DNA of 64,000 nt from Mustelus asterias (Eukaryota). Positions 12,106 to 23,512 of this stretch are shown here, in pieces. A program made the translations under genes and the position numbers. The stretch covers positions 64,418,001 through 64,482,000 of the forward strand of contig NC_135816.1 in assembly GCF_964213995.1 (NCBI RefSeq), written 5' to 3'. The notes under the pieces are model-generated. The model searched no databases and was not told the origin of the DNA. It was given only the letters and a program-made list of their open reading frames with translations. Within the stretch, counting starts at the first letter, position 1. Every line of letters begins with the position of its first letter.

Positions 12106-13383
12106 CAGATGGAGTGGGGCAGAGCCAAAGGGTGAAGCTGGAACAGTTGGAATGGGGCAGCGCCAATGGGGTGAAGCTGGTACAAATGGATCGGGGCAGC
12201 GCCAATGGGGTGAAGCTGGTACAGATGGAATGAGGCAGCGCCAATGGGGGTGAAGCTGGTACAGATGGAATGGGGCAGGGCCAATGGGGTGAAGCTGGTA
12301 CAGATGGAGTGAGGCAGGGCCAATGGGGTGAAGCTGGTACAGACAGAATGGGGCAGCGCCAATGGGGGTGAAGCTGGTACAGATGGAGTGAGGCAGGGCC
12401 AATGGGGTGAAGCTGGTACAGATGGAGTGAGGCAGGGCCAATGGGGTGAAGCTGGTACAGATGGAATGGGGCAGAGCCAATGGGGGTGAAGCTGGTACAG
12501 ATGGAATGAGGCAGGGCCAATGGGGTGAAGCTGGTACAGATGGAGTGAGGCAGGGCCAATGGGGTGAAGCTGGTACAGATGGAATGGGGCAGAGCCAATG
12601 GGGGTGAAGCTGGTACAGATGGAGTGAGGCAGGGCCAATGGGGTGAAGCTGGTACAGATGGAATGGGGCAGGGCCAATGGGGGTGAAGCTGGTACAGATG
12701 GAATGGGGCAGGGCCAATGGGGTGAAGCTGGTACAGATGGATCAGGGGCAGCGTCAATGGGGGTGAAGCTGGTACAGATGGAATCGGGCATAGCCAATGG
12801 GGGTGAAGCTGGTACAGATGGATCAGGGGCAACGTCAATGGGGGTGAAGCTGGTACAGATGGAGTGAGGCAGGGCCAATGGGGTGAAGCTGGTACAGATG
12901 GAATGGGGCAGAGCCAATGGGGGTGAAGCTGGTACAGATGGAATGAGGCAGGGCCAATGGGGTGAAGCTGGTACAGATGGAGTGAGGCAGGGCCAATGGG
13001 GTGAAGCTGGTACAGATGGAATGGGGCAGAGCCAATGGGGGTGAAGCTGGTACAGATGGAGTGAGGCAGGGCCAATGGGGTGAAGCTGGTACAGATGGAA
13101 TGGGGCAGGGCCAATGGGGGTGAAGCTGGTACAGATGGAATGGGGCAGGGCCAATGGGGTGAAGCTGGTACAGATGGATCAGGGGCAGCGTCAATGGGGG
13201 TGAAGCTGGTACAGATGGAATCGGGCATAGCCAATGGGGGTGAAGCTGGTACAGATGGATCAGGGGCAACGTCAATGGGGGTGAAGCTGGTACAGATGGA
13301 GTGGGGCAGGGCCAATGGGGTGAAGCTGGTACAGATGGATCAGGGGCAGGGCCAATGGGGTGAAGCTGGTACAGATGGATCAG
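12106..13383 (+). repeat. G-rich minisatellite, 39-40 bp unit, about 32 copies
   Basis: Unit CCAATGGGG(G)TGAAGCTGGTACAGATGGA(A/G)TG(G/A)GGCAGGG; further copies at about 11367-11450 and degenerate ones at about 10515-10600. Confidence 0.97.
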
Positions 13384-14078
13384 CTATGCGAATTTCAAGG
13401 ATACCATTCATTTAATTGAACATTTATCAACGATGTTGTGTTTGGTTTTCCCAAATTAGATAATAAAATGGTCTCTTGCTTTGAAACGTATACTATGATT
13501 GTAAGTTTAACTGATTTACCCAGGATACATTAAATCTCTCAGAGAAAGCAACTAATGCAGCTCAGCCAATCCACGGCAAACATAGAAACCTACTGATTCC
13601 TTAACACAGCGTTAACTATCTGCCAGATTAATCCAGATCATTACCCGACAGTCCAAGCTCAAAGATCAATTCAGGCATTAAACTTTACACAAAGTATTTC
13701 CTAATGTCCTGACCTTGTTTGTTTAAACCAGTTTATAGCTCTGTACAGGCTATCAATGTACACCTTTCAAAGCTGATGAACCCAAGTTTTCCCATCAGTC
13801 AGTCTTACGCCAGCTGTTTATACATTTAATCCTCAGCCCAGTCACATAATTTGAAGCACACATATGGGAAAAACACAAAAGAAAAATATTTTGAGGGACG
13901 CTGGCTATAGAACAAACCTAATGCTTAATATTAAATGTGCACAAAAACTGGATTAGAAAAATACGTAAGAGATTCCATGCAACTAGCTTTAATCAGAGCT
14001 GTGATAGGCCATGTTGTTTTAATGTGATGAAATATAATGGAAATTAATTACCTTCCCCCCCCCCCCTTCTACTTTCAG

Positions 14079-14396
14079 CCATTTTACCAAGGCCACCTTC
14101 AGTGAATGTCCATTATGCACCTCCTGAGAGAATTTCCCAGCAGACTGGCAGTACAATTGTTTGCATGTCGAGAGGTTTCTACCCAAAAGAAATATCTGTG
14201 TCTTGGTATAAAGGAGGCATGCAGGTACTTTCAGAGATTTCACACTCAGGTAGACTGATGGATTCAGATGGTCGTTACACCATGATCAGCAAATTAGCAA
14301 TTTCAACATCGCAATGGCTCAATGGCTCTCGTTATACTTGCATTGTTTCGCATGAAGCCCTGTCTTTGCCAGTCATCAGAACGATCGGTAAAGATG
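14079..14396 (+). CDS. IgSF gene B, first C1-set exon
   Basis: 318-bp phase 1/1 exon, same length as gene A C exon. IVCMSRGFYPKEISVSW..YTCIVSHEAL. Confidence 0.93.
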
Positions 14397-15044
14397 GTAG
14401 GTTTATTAAACAGATTGTTTTCAGATTCTGTATGGAAGCTTTATTAAATACTGGCTTCTAATTAAGTCTCACCACTTTAACAGAACAGGGTGTTTTTAGT
14501 CAATGTGTCATGGGTTCAGTGTTGTTATTGCTGAGGCTGTAATATTTATTAATGTATTATATAAAACATTAAAAATACAGACTTTTCCTTATTTCGATCT
14601 TTTGGTTACAGTCAGGCATTAGATGTATAGCGTATTTAGGAGTAAGAAAGGATGATTGGATTTAATAAACATCTCCCTTCTTAGTAGCTAAACCCCACTG
14701 ACATCAACAATTGATTCAATTAATTCCCTATCCAGAAACACCAGCATACAGGAGCAATAAGTTCTCATTTGCACCTTTATTTGTCTTCAATTCAGTTGAA
14801 GTCGGCGAGATCTATAGTATTAAAATATTGGGTCCATGTGACAGAGGAACAAAAACTTTCTCATCCAAAAAAAGACCACTGTTCATTCTCCAGTCTCCTC
14901 GTCATATTGCAGAGGTATTACCCACCAGATCGTCACAGTGTGTTTTTTCTGAAATTAGTGCAGGCCACTACTGACATTGGCCATTTGTACTTCATGCACC
15001 AGTTTCAAATCAGCATCTCCCCCAGACCACAGTGAGTGTTGGTT

Positions 15045-15470
15045 AGGAGAGGAATAGGCCATTCAGCCCATCGGGTCTGCTCCTCCATTCAATATGATCA
15101 TAGCTGATCCGATTGTAGCCTCAACTCCACTTTCCCGTTTATCCTCCATGACCCTTGACTCCATTGTCAATCAAAAATCTATCTAACTCAGAGTTAAATG
15201 CATTCAACGATCCAGTCTCTACTGCTGTCTAGGGAAGAGCATTTCACAGACTCTGAGAGAAACAAAAGTCCTAAATGGAAGACCCTTAACCTACGTCCCC
15301 TCAAAACTCCCTACAAAGGGAAGCAGCTTCTTAGCATCCACCCTGTCATGCCTCCTCAGGATCTTTTTTATTTCAATAAAATCATCTCTGATTTTTCTAA
15401 ATTGCAATGAGTACAAGTCCAACCTGTCCACATAAGTTAACCCCTTCATTCCAGGAATCAGATGAATGAA
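15045..15470 (-). mobile_element. CR1 3' fragment
   Basis: LIPGMKGLTY..LYSLQFR. Confidence 0.75.
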
Positions 15471-16060
15471 CTCATTAATTACCATGACCTTAAATAAGGC
15501 ATGAAGCATGTTCAAGGGACAATCTGAATGCCTCTCCATATAATTTTAGTGTTGCATATCAAATTACTAAAAAGGAATCAAAATATTTTATAATTACATA
15601 GATAGCTATATGTCATTATTCTCATAACCTTTTTGTTCCCAAAGTACAGTAATACTTCTGTTTGAATATTGTTAGTCACAGATGTCTCGATCAGACTCTA
15701 CCACTTGGGTACTCTATAAATCTTATGATGTTTTAAAAAACAGAGTTATAATTCTATGCAATACATTCCTATCAAATATATTTGTTTTCTCAATTAATAA
15801 AGTTAGGAGGCTTTTGGATGATTATTTGTCGTGGGTGGGATTGGTCTATCAAGCGTAGACAGCAGAAGAAGGAATTTGGTACCAGATGTTTATGATCTGC
15901 AAATACACTGACATCAAGAAAGGTATATTTTAATAATACATCAGTAAGTTACAGAGCAGGAAAACATTTTATGGTTTCTCTTCCTTAAGCTGTGCCTGTG
16001 ATTGTTCACCTTTCCCGGGGGTCTACATAGATTAGGAAAAGTCAGTGACGTTGTCAATTA

Positions 16061-16240
16061 TGATGTGGAGATGCTGGCGTTAGACTGGGGTGGGCACAGT
16101 AAGAAGTCTCACAGCACTAGGTTAAAGTCCAATAGGTTTATTTGGAATCACGAGCTTTCGGAGCGCTGCTCCTTCATTACTCACGTGAAAGCTCGTGATT
16201 CCAAATAAATCTGTTGGACTTTAACCTGATGTTGTGAGAC
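16061..16240. mobile_element. Short inverted Penelope pLTR remnant
   Basis: Arms about 16106-16158 and 16187-16240 are reverse complements; related to the 45.7-46.7 kb element including its tail. Confidence 0.75.
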
Positions 16241-16662
16241 ATGCTACATTGTCAATGGTAGCTGGTAGGAAAAGAATAAACTGAAATGTCTCCATTCTAT
16301 CTCATGTTCTTAGCTTATTATTATACCATTGAGTTAAATAACTGCAAAGTCTATTTATCAAGCATAGCATAAGTTTTTGTATAAATCATGTTATCTTGTA
16401 CTGAGTCTTACCTTGTGCTTTAACAGTTTAGGAACCATTGGGTGTTTTACCTGTTGTTTGGCCAATCAGGTTGTACAAAAATGAACCTAATGAATGTCCA
16501 ATTCTGCTTTATTGCAAAATTATTGATGTTACTTAAGCAGGATACTACTACCCTCTGCCTTCACCTAACATGTTTTAAATGCATTTGATCTGATGTATGT
16601 GATAAAGCTGTAAATATTGGTTTAATCTCTTATCTAATGATCTGTTCTTCTCCCTGCTGTAG

Positions 16663-16983
16663 ATGGTTATATTCAGGAGCCTGTCATCCAACTGATCTCT
16701 CCCTCTGTTGACGCAGCATCTGCAAGGCTAACTGTTGTAATGAGTTGTTTGGTGTCAGACTTTTACCCTGCTGCTATCTCTGTGACTTGGAGAGATGAGA
16801 ATGGCCCAGTGGATATAGGAGTGATGCAGTTTGCAGTGGCTTTGGGCAGTAACAGCACCTACCAGACTGTGAGCCAGCTCACCGTGCCAACAGCAGAGTG
16901 GGAGAGTAACTGCACTTACTGGTGTGAGGTGAAACACGTGTCTCTGGGACAGCCGATGCGGAGAGCAGTCAGTAAGGATCTGG
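16663..16983 (+). CDS. IgSF gene B, second C1-set exon
   Basis: 321-bp phase 1/1 exon (tgtag|AT...G|gtaagg). EPVIQLISPS..MSCLVSDFYPAAISVTW..YWCEVKHVSL. Confidence 0.92.
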
Positions 16984-17264
16984 GTAAGGTCTACATTAGT
17001 GTGCATGTGTGTGTAAATCGGTGGTGAGATGCAAGGACATGTGCATTTGTGCTTTGGGAGTCTATGGGTGGATAAATGTGTGTCGGTATCAATGTGCATG
17101 GTGTGAATGGATGTGGTGTTTGTTTCGGGGGTGTATATGTGTGGGTGTGAGCCTGGGTTGGTGTGCGTCTATGGGAGGGGGGAATTTGTGGGTGGGGTGT
17201 TGGTGTGATGTTGTTGGGCTGTGAACTTCAGTGTCAGGTATTGGGTCCTGCCACCTATGTTGTA

Positions 17265-17945
17265 GATAGGTCTTAGTCAATGAAAGTGGAATGCATCTAG
17301 TTGCTTTGGGTGAAGTTGGTGGGTTGCCCATCTCTCACAGCTATAGAGAAGTGATGCAGGAAGCAGTGCCTGGTAGACATTGATCTTTTTGAGACAAAGT
17401 TCATTCTCTCTCGAAAACCTGTTGGTGAGTCTGCCAAATGCTGAACTCACTTTTGCCAGGTGATGGGCGATTTTATCATTCAAAGTAGTGTTGTTGGAGA
17501 GGATATTCCCAGGATAACAGAACTTCTGAATTGGGCTGAGGAGTGTATTGTTGATTTTGACTATGGTATCTGAGAGTTTGTGCCCAGAGGCCGACTGGGA
17601 CACGATCTTTGTTTTTTTCAGGCTTACTGTAAGGCTGAAGCGTTCTGAGGCCTAGACAAAATGGTCAACAGGCTGCTGGATGCCCTGTGGAGTCACCCAC
17701 TCAGCAGATGTTCTGTGCTCTTTCTAGGCACCTTGAGCGTTTTCAGATTGAAATTGCCATCTATCCAGAACTGAATGTAAACTCTTATGTCTTTGAGATC
17801 TTTGAGTGCAGACAAGAGCATGGCGGAAAAGTAGATGGCAAACAGAACTGCAGCCATTATACATCTTGCTTGATGGCATTAATGACAGGAATGGCATCCG
17901 ATAAGGCATCACTTTGCATCGCACTGGCACCATGAAATGAGAAGA
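17265..17945 (-). mobile_element. RTE-type LINE fragment
   Basis: FCYPGNILS..IAHHLAKVSSAFGRL..LLYSCERW, typical of the RTE ORF after the RT core. Confidence 0.75.
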
Positions 17946-18040
17946 TGCCCATGATTACTTTTACTGTATTGAACTGTTTGTTATATTGTACCTCTTGACC
18001 TGCTTCAATAGAGATTTATTTTCTCTTTTGCTTGGATTAG

Positions 18041-18178
18041 AAGCAGTGAAGTCCAGCCAAAGCCCAGGGATGATGACTCTGCTGTGGATTGTTTCTGTTG
18101 TGGGATGCTTGCTTTTAATTATTGTTGCTACTATTCTTATCTACAAGAAAACTACTTCTTCCTTTCCCACTGAGACTG
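18041..18178 (+). CDS. IgSF gene B, stalk/transmembrane exon
   Basis: 138-bp phase 1/1 exon. EAVKSSQSPGMMT-LLWIVSVVGCLLLIIVATILIY-KKTTSSFPTET, a hydrophobic span followed by a KK stop-transfer. Confidence 0.85.
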
Positions 18179-19184
18179 GTAAGATTAACTTCACTGCCTT
18201 CCTGCTCTCTGCTTGTATTATATGTATAACACATATATAGTAAATATAAAGATAAAATCTAGGTATATAGAGATCTTGAATATATATATTATATATTTAT
18301 ATAGGATCTTGCCAATAAATAATGCTCATTGGTGTGGATTTTTCCTTTGCCACCTGAATGTTAAACTCACTCGGGCTGAACACAGATCGTTGAACGACAA
18401 GGCAAGGTTAACTCATCCCCAACAGGATCTATCCTGATTTTCTTTCCATGTCAATTGGATGGAAAATGCATTGGCTTTTGTATAACTCTCGTTGCCTACT
18501 TTAACCTTCAGTGCTCTGACTCATGAGCTGTTTAAGAAAAGATCATTCAGCCCACTGATCTGATGTTTAATTTTATGGACAAAGTAATGCCAAAATGGAA
18601 CAATATCCACAGAATGAGATAGAGAGAATTATGATTCCATGGGCGAAGTGGGGTCAGGATCCCAACACCGAGATCAAATCTGGGCCCCAGCACCCCATGG
18701 TGTCAGAAATAGTCAGCTGACATGATTTTCCAAGAAATGGCCAGCTAATGGCCAGAGAACTCACTCACTGTCCAGTTAAGGATGGCCCATGGTCTCCCAA
18801 TGCTGGAGGGCCAATAGGAGGGAGGAACTTAAAACAGGTGAAATAAAGTACGAGGCAAAATCATGGAACATAAGGCTAACAAATCCCCTGGACACAGTGC
18901 CAGGACCTGGGTTCAATTCTCAGCTTGGGTCACTGTCTCTGCGGAGTCTTCACATTCTCCCCGTGTCTGCGTGGGTTTCCTCCGGGTGCTCCGGTTTCCT
19001 CCTACAGTCTGAAAGATGTGCTGCTTAGGTGCATTGGCCATGCTAAATTCTCTCTCTGTGTACCCGAACAGGCGCCAGAATATGGCGACTAGGGGATTTT
19101 CACAGTAACTTCATTGCGATGTTAATGTAAGCCTACTTGTGGCACTAATAAATAAACTTAAAACTTCAATAACCTTAAATATTA

Positions 19185-19700
19185 CAGCTTTGGTCTCCGG
19201 TCAATTAAGGGTGATATTGGATGGATTTCAGAGAAGGTTCACTCGGTTGATTCCTGTGATGAAGGGGTTGTCTTATGAGGAAAGGATGGGCAGGCTGGGC
19301 CTAGATTCTTTGGAGTTTAGAAGAATGACAGGTGATTTGATTGAAACACATAAGATTCTGAGGGGGATTGACAGGGTTAATGCTTGGGGGGATGTTTCCC
19401 CTCGTGGGGGGGGGGGGGGGGGTCTAAAACAGAGGCATAGTTTCAGAATCAGTGTTGCCCCTTTAACACGAGATGAGGAGGAATTTCTTCTCTGAGGGTT
19501 GTGAACCTCTCAAATTCTCTACCTTAGGAAGCCATGGAGACTGATATTCAAGACTAAGGTAGACAGATTGTTAAACTACAGGGAAACAGACTGAGGCCAA
19601 GATCAGATCAGCCATGATCTTATTGAATGCTGGAACAGGTTCCAGGGCCACATGGCCTGCTTATGCTCATATTTCTTACGTTCTTACCTTATGTTCTTAT
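19185..19700 (+). mobile_element. CR1 3' fragment
   Basis: QRRFTRLIPVMKGLSYEERM and (TTCTTA)-type tail. Confidence 0.8.
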
Positions 19701-19707
19701 ATTTCAG

Positions 19708-19718
19708 GGAGACTTTGA
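19708..19718 (+). CDS. IgSF gene B, candidate terminal coding exon (G-R-L-stop)
   Basis: tatatttcag| acceptor gives GGG AGA CTT TGA in phase 1. The pyrimidine tract overlaps a CR1 tail, so this is tentative. Confidence 0.3.
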
Positions 19719-19874
19719 GCCAGAATATCAGACCGGAATCCACCTGCACAAATCTCTATAACCTGGAGAAGAGCTGTACTTTTAGATCATGACTATCATT
19801 CTGAGCCATCTACATATTAGTTTAAATCCTCATGAATCCTTCACTGTTGGCACCGATAGCCGGGGAATTGTGCC

Positions 19875-20308
19875 AGCCATGACTTAGTTGTTAGCATGCT
19901 TGCCTCCGAGTCAGAAGAGTGTGTGTTCATGTCTCACCCCAGGACTTGTGCACAAAAGTGTAAGCTGACACTCTCGTGCAGTATTGAGGAGTGCTACACT
20001 GTCAGAGGTGTCACCTTTCAGATGAGGTGTTAAACCAAGACCCCACCGACCCCTCAGGCCGACATAAAAGATACCATGGTATTATTTTGAAGAATAACAG
20101 GGGAGTTATCCTTCTCTCCCTGGTCAGTAGTTACCCCTCAATCAGTATCTCAAAAATACCAGATTATCCCCATGTTTTTTGTGGGACCTTGCTGTGCACA
20201 TATTGGTTGCCATATTTTCTACATTACATCAGTGATGACACTCAAAAGTACTAAATTTACTGGAAAGCACCTTAAGATGAAAGGCGCTGTTTAAATGCAA
20301 GTCTTTCT
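19875..20308 (+). mobile_element. Probable Deu-domain SINE with L2-like tail (related piece at about 23305-23488)
   Basis: GTGCAGTA.TGAGG.AGTGCT.CACTGTC.GAGGTG.C..CTTTCAGATGAG..GTTAAACC core, recognised from memory of DeuSINEs. Confidence 0.5.
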
Positions 20309-23300
20309 TTCCCTTTGGCTCTTAGAGAGAGACCAATGAATCCATCTTGATAGAGCAGTGCGTGATATACTGCTTTCACTGGCAGGACGGTTAGAAATCA
20401 GAGGTCCCAGGGTCTAGATAATTGGGAGCAGAAGGAGAATTTTATTTTGTGCAGTGAGTTGTTCTGATCTGGAATGCAGGGTGAAGGAGTCATGCTCAGA
20501 AATATCTGGCCAAAGGGATTTGGATAAATAATTGAAAAGAGGAATTGTCAGCTCCACGGGGAAGGAACAGGGCAGCGAGCTGTATGATGCTATGCTCCTA
20601 AGTGTAGTTGAGCTGCAAATTCTCTTTGTTATTCTCCTGCTATGTTTGTGAGTCAAATCAGTTGTTGATTCAGAATCTAAAGGAATTCCAGTTAACAATG
20701 TATATTCACTCTGTGTTTGGAAAAGGGAGATATCAGGACGTTAGTATGTGAAACCTTCCATGAGCCAGCATACAGCATAAGATTCTCTGTTAGAATTCCT
20801 GTTGTCTGTTATTTACTTAGATATTGGGCAAGGAGAGATGCACTCCAGATTGTAGGGAACATAAGGATGACTACAGGAATTCTCAGTGGTGCTGAAATTC
20901 AGAAAGTAGTTCACATGGAAACCTAAAAATGCAAAATTATGCTTATGTCATTGACAGAAGTTTCCTGGTCTTGCCTTTTAAAGTCGTTTCAATAATAAAA
21001 TAAGTGCAATTGTTATTGGTACATTTTTCAACCATTCTGACACAATATTAATCAGTAAATGCTGGAAAAACAGTGGGCGGGATTTTACGGCTTCGCTTGT
21101 CCCGAAACCGTAAAATCCCGCCCATGGTAAACGGACCTTCCCATTGTCCGCCCCTTGCCCGGTACGGTTCCCGTGGCGGACGGGACGGTAAAATTACAGT
21201 CAGTTAGCATTTGAAAAAGAGAAGTGAGGTTTCAAGTGCATCAGTTTACCAAGAACTCAGCTCCTATCTGTCTCTTCAATCACAAGTGACTGACCTGCTG
21301 TGTGTTTCCAGCACTTCCTGTTTTTCTTAACGATTTCCTGTGCTTGCAGATATTTTAAAATCTCAGTACTACTTATCCTTTCCTGGGCTTATTTCTAATG
21401 ATCTTTCTTTTATTGATGCAAAACCCATTTGAGGGAACAGTAAAGGCTGGAGAGATTTCATCATTTTTTGCAAAGGCACTGATTTAACCTCTAACCTGTG
21501 ACTGCATAAAACCTCTAACCTGTGGTTTCCTCCGGGTGCTCTGGTTTCCTCCCACAGTCTGAAAGACATGCAGGTTAGGTGCATTGGCCCTTCTAAATTG
21601 TCCTTTAGTGTACCCGAACAAACACTGGAGTGTGGTGATTAGGGGACTTTCGCAGTAACTTCATTGCAGTGTTAATGTAAACCTTACTTGTGATAAACTT
21701 AAAAAACGTAAACTTAAAATTCTAGAAATATTTGCTGATTTCTTACACCTGTTGTTATTGGTCACTTCCTCACATTATTGTGAAGAATATACCGGGTATT
21801 GATAGATTATTCTTAGATAAGTTTGGATTTTTACATAGAATTGCTGAGAATATACAGCAAAGAAACAGGTATTTGAGCCCAATGAGTTGGTGTTCCACAC
21901 AAACCTCTCACTCTATATACCTCTTATCAGCTTTTTCAGGTTAGCTTTTTATCCCTTTTTCTTTCATGTACTCACCTCCTTTCCTTTTGAAAGCATCTAA
22001 GCTATTTACCTCGAGTTTGGCATTTGTTATCTTTCTCCTGTCTGTTAAGGAGAATCAGATTGCTGGTGCTTGAATCAGCCAGCTCATTGTTACTATGAAT
22101 CGAAGCTCCCTTCCCTCTGAAACTCTTGATACTGATGCTCCGGTCTGTTTCGATTTTTTCATTGTCTGATTTTTAATAATGATTTTACAATAAAGTGATT
22201 CTTGATGAACTGCCTAAAAAGACAAAAGCACTCACTGTGAGTTTTCTTTTCTAATTAAAACAATGATCAAGAAATATCACCATGGATTGCAAGAGAGACC
22301 CTGATCTGGGGATTGGGAAATGAAAGTAATAGCCTTTCATCCCACCGCCCACGCATGTCCATTCCATTCACAAACATTGTCTGTAGGGAAGTATTGTAGA
22401 AGCTTTTAAATAGGTACGGTAAAGTCACCGTAGTCCCAGATGACTGTAGGCTGCTCTCCCCTTTGAGATCTGACTGGTGGTGATTTAACCTGAGGATCAG
22501 AAGACTTCATGAATAACCTCAGCTAGTACGGGAATTGAACCCACACTGTTGGTGTTGCTCTGCATAACAAACCAGCCAACTGAGCTAACCTACTCCCCTT
22601 TTAGATATAAATTTATTGAGTGATTAAAGAGCAATTAATGATACAGAAGGCCAATCTGTGTGTTGAAGACCAATAATGCATTTTTAGTGTTATCCTTTTC
22701 ACATTTTGCAGTAACTGGGGACAGAACCTTTCCAATGCAGCGGATTATATCAGCCTGTCTGTGGCACCCTAGCCTTGTGCTTTGCATTCGCTTAATAAGA
22801 CTGAGTTGCTCAAAGGTGATGATTTTTTAATACATTGCTAACAAATCCATCAACCACTGCACCTGATTGTGTGTAACTCAGATTGGAATCATATCCCAAA
22901 ATTAGAGCAATTCTCAAAAAACATTGTCCTGACTACACCCCAAAGATGGTCTGAGTTACAGTCTCAGAACCTGACAACACAGAAAGAGACTTTTGGGCTC
23001 ATTAAGTCTACGCTGGGGTTTTGCCGTATGGGATCTATTTGGTCCAATCCCAGTCTCCTGGTTGCACTTCTCTTTTTGAAGCAGTTCACTGATCAGAAGA
23101 ATTTATACACTTAGTTCCAACAAATTTTCATATTTTAATCACATGTCATGTAGTTAACTTTTCTAATGTCCCGTATCCTTGTGTGATTTGTGGCCATTTT
23201 ACTGACCAATGGAAACAATTTATCAGGATTTACCATGTCATAATCCTTTATCTTTCTCCGTCTACTTGTCTGTCTCTATGTCTCCAGAGACTTGACCATT

Positions 23301-23512
23301 TATTCTAGGTTGACACTTTAGTGCAGTACTGATGACGTTTGGCACTGTTGGAGATGCCATCTAAATTCCCATCTAGTCTCCCATGACACAATCAGAAGAA
23401 GAAGTTTCAAGCACAATATTTCTCCCTCAAGCAACATCAGATAATCAGGTCATTATCTCACTACTGTTTGTGGGACCTTGCTATGCCAGAGGGGGTGGTA
23501 GCACAGTGGTAA

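Noticed and set aside
12106-13383. CRISPR-like array
   Set aside because: No unique spacers, no cas genes, vertebrate DNA.
12057-13415. Long Pro/His-rich ORFs (up to 411 aa)
   Set aside because: Translations of the 39-40 bp minisatellite; open in several frames on both strands.
3396-16983. Conventional rearranging IgH, IgL or TCR cluster
   Set aside because: No separate D or J segments or RSS, non-canonical J motif, and a TM unlike Ig or TCR TMs. A derived germline-joined origin is not excluded without phylogeny.
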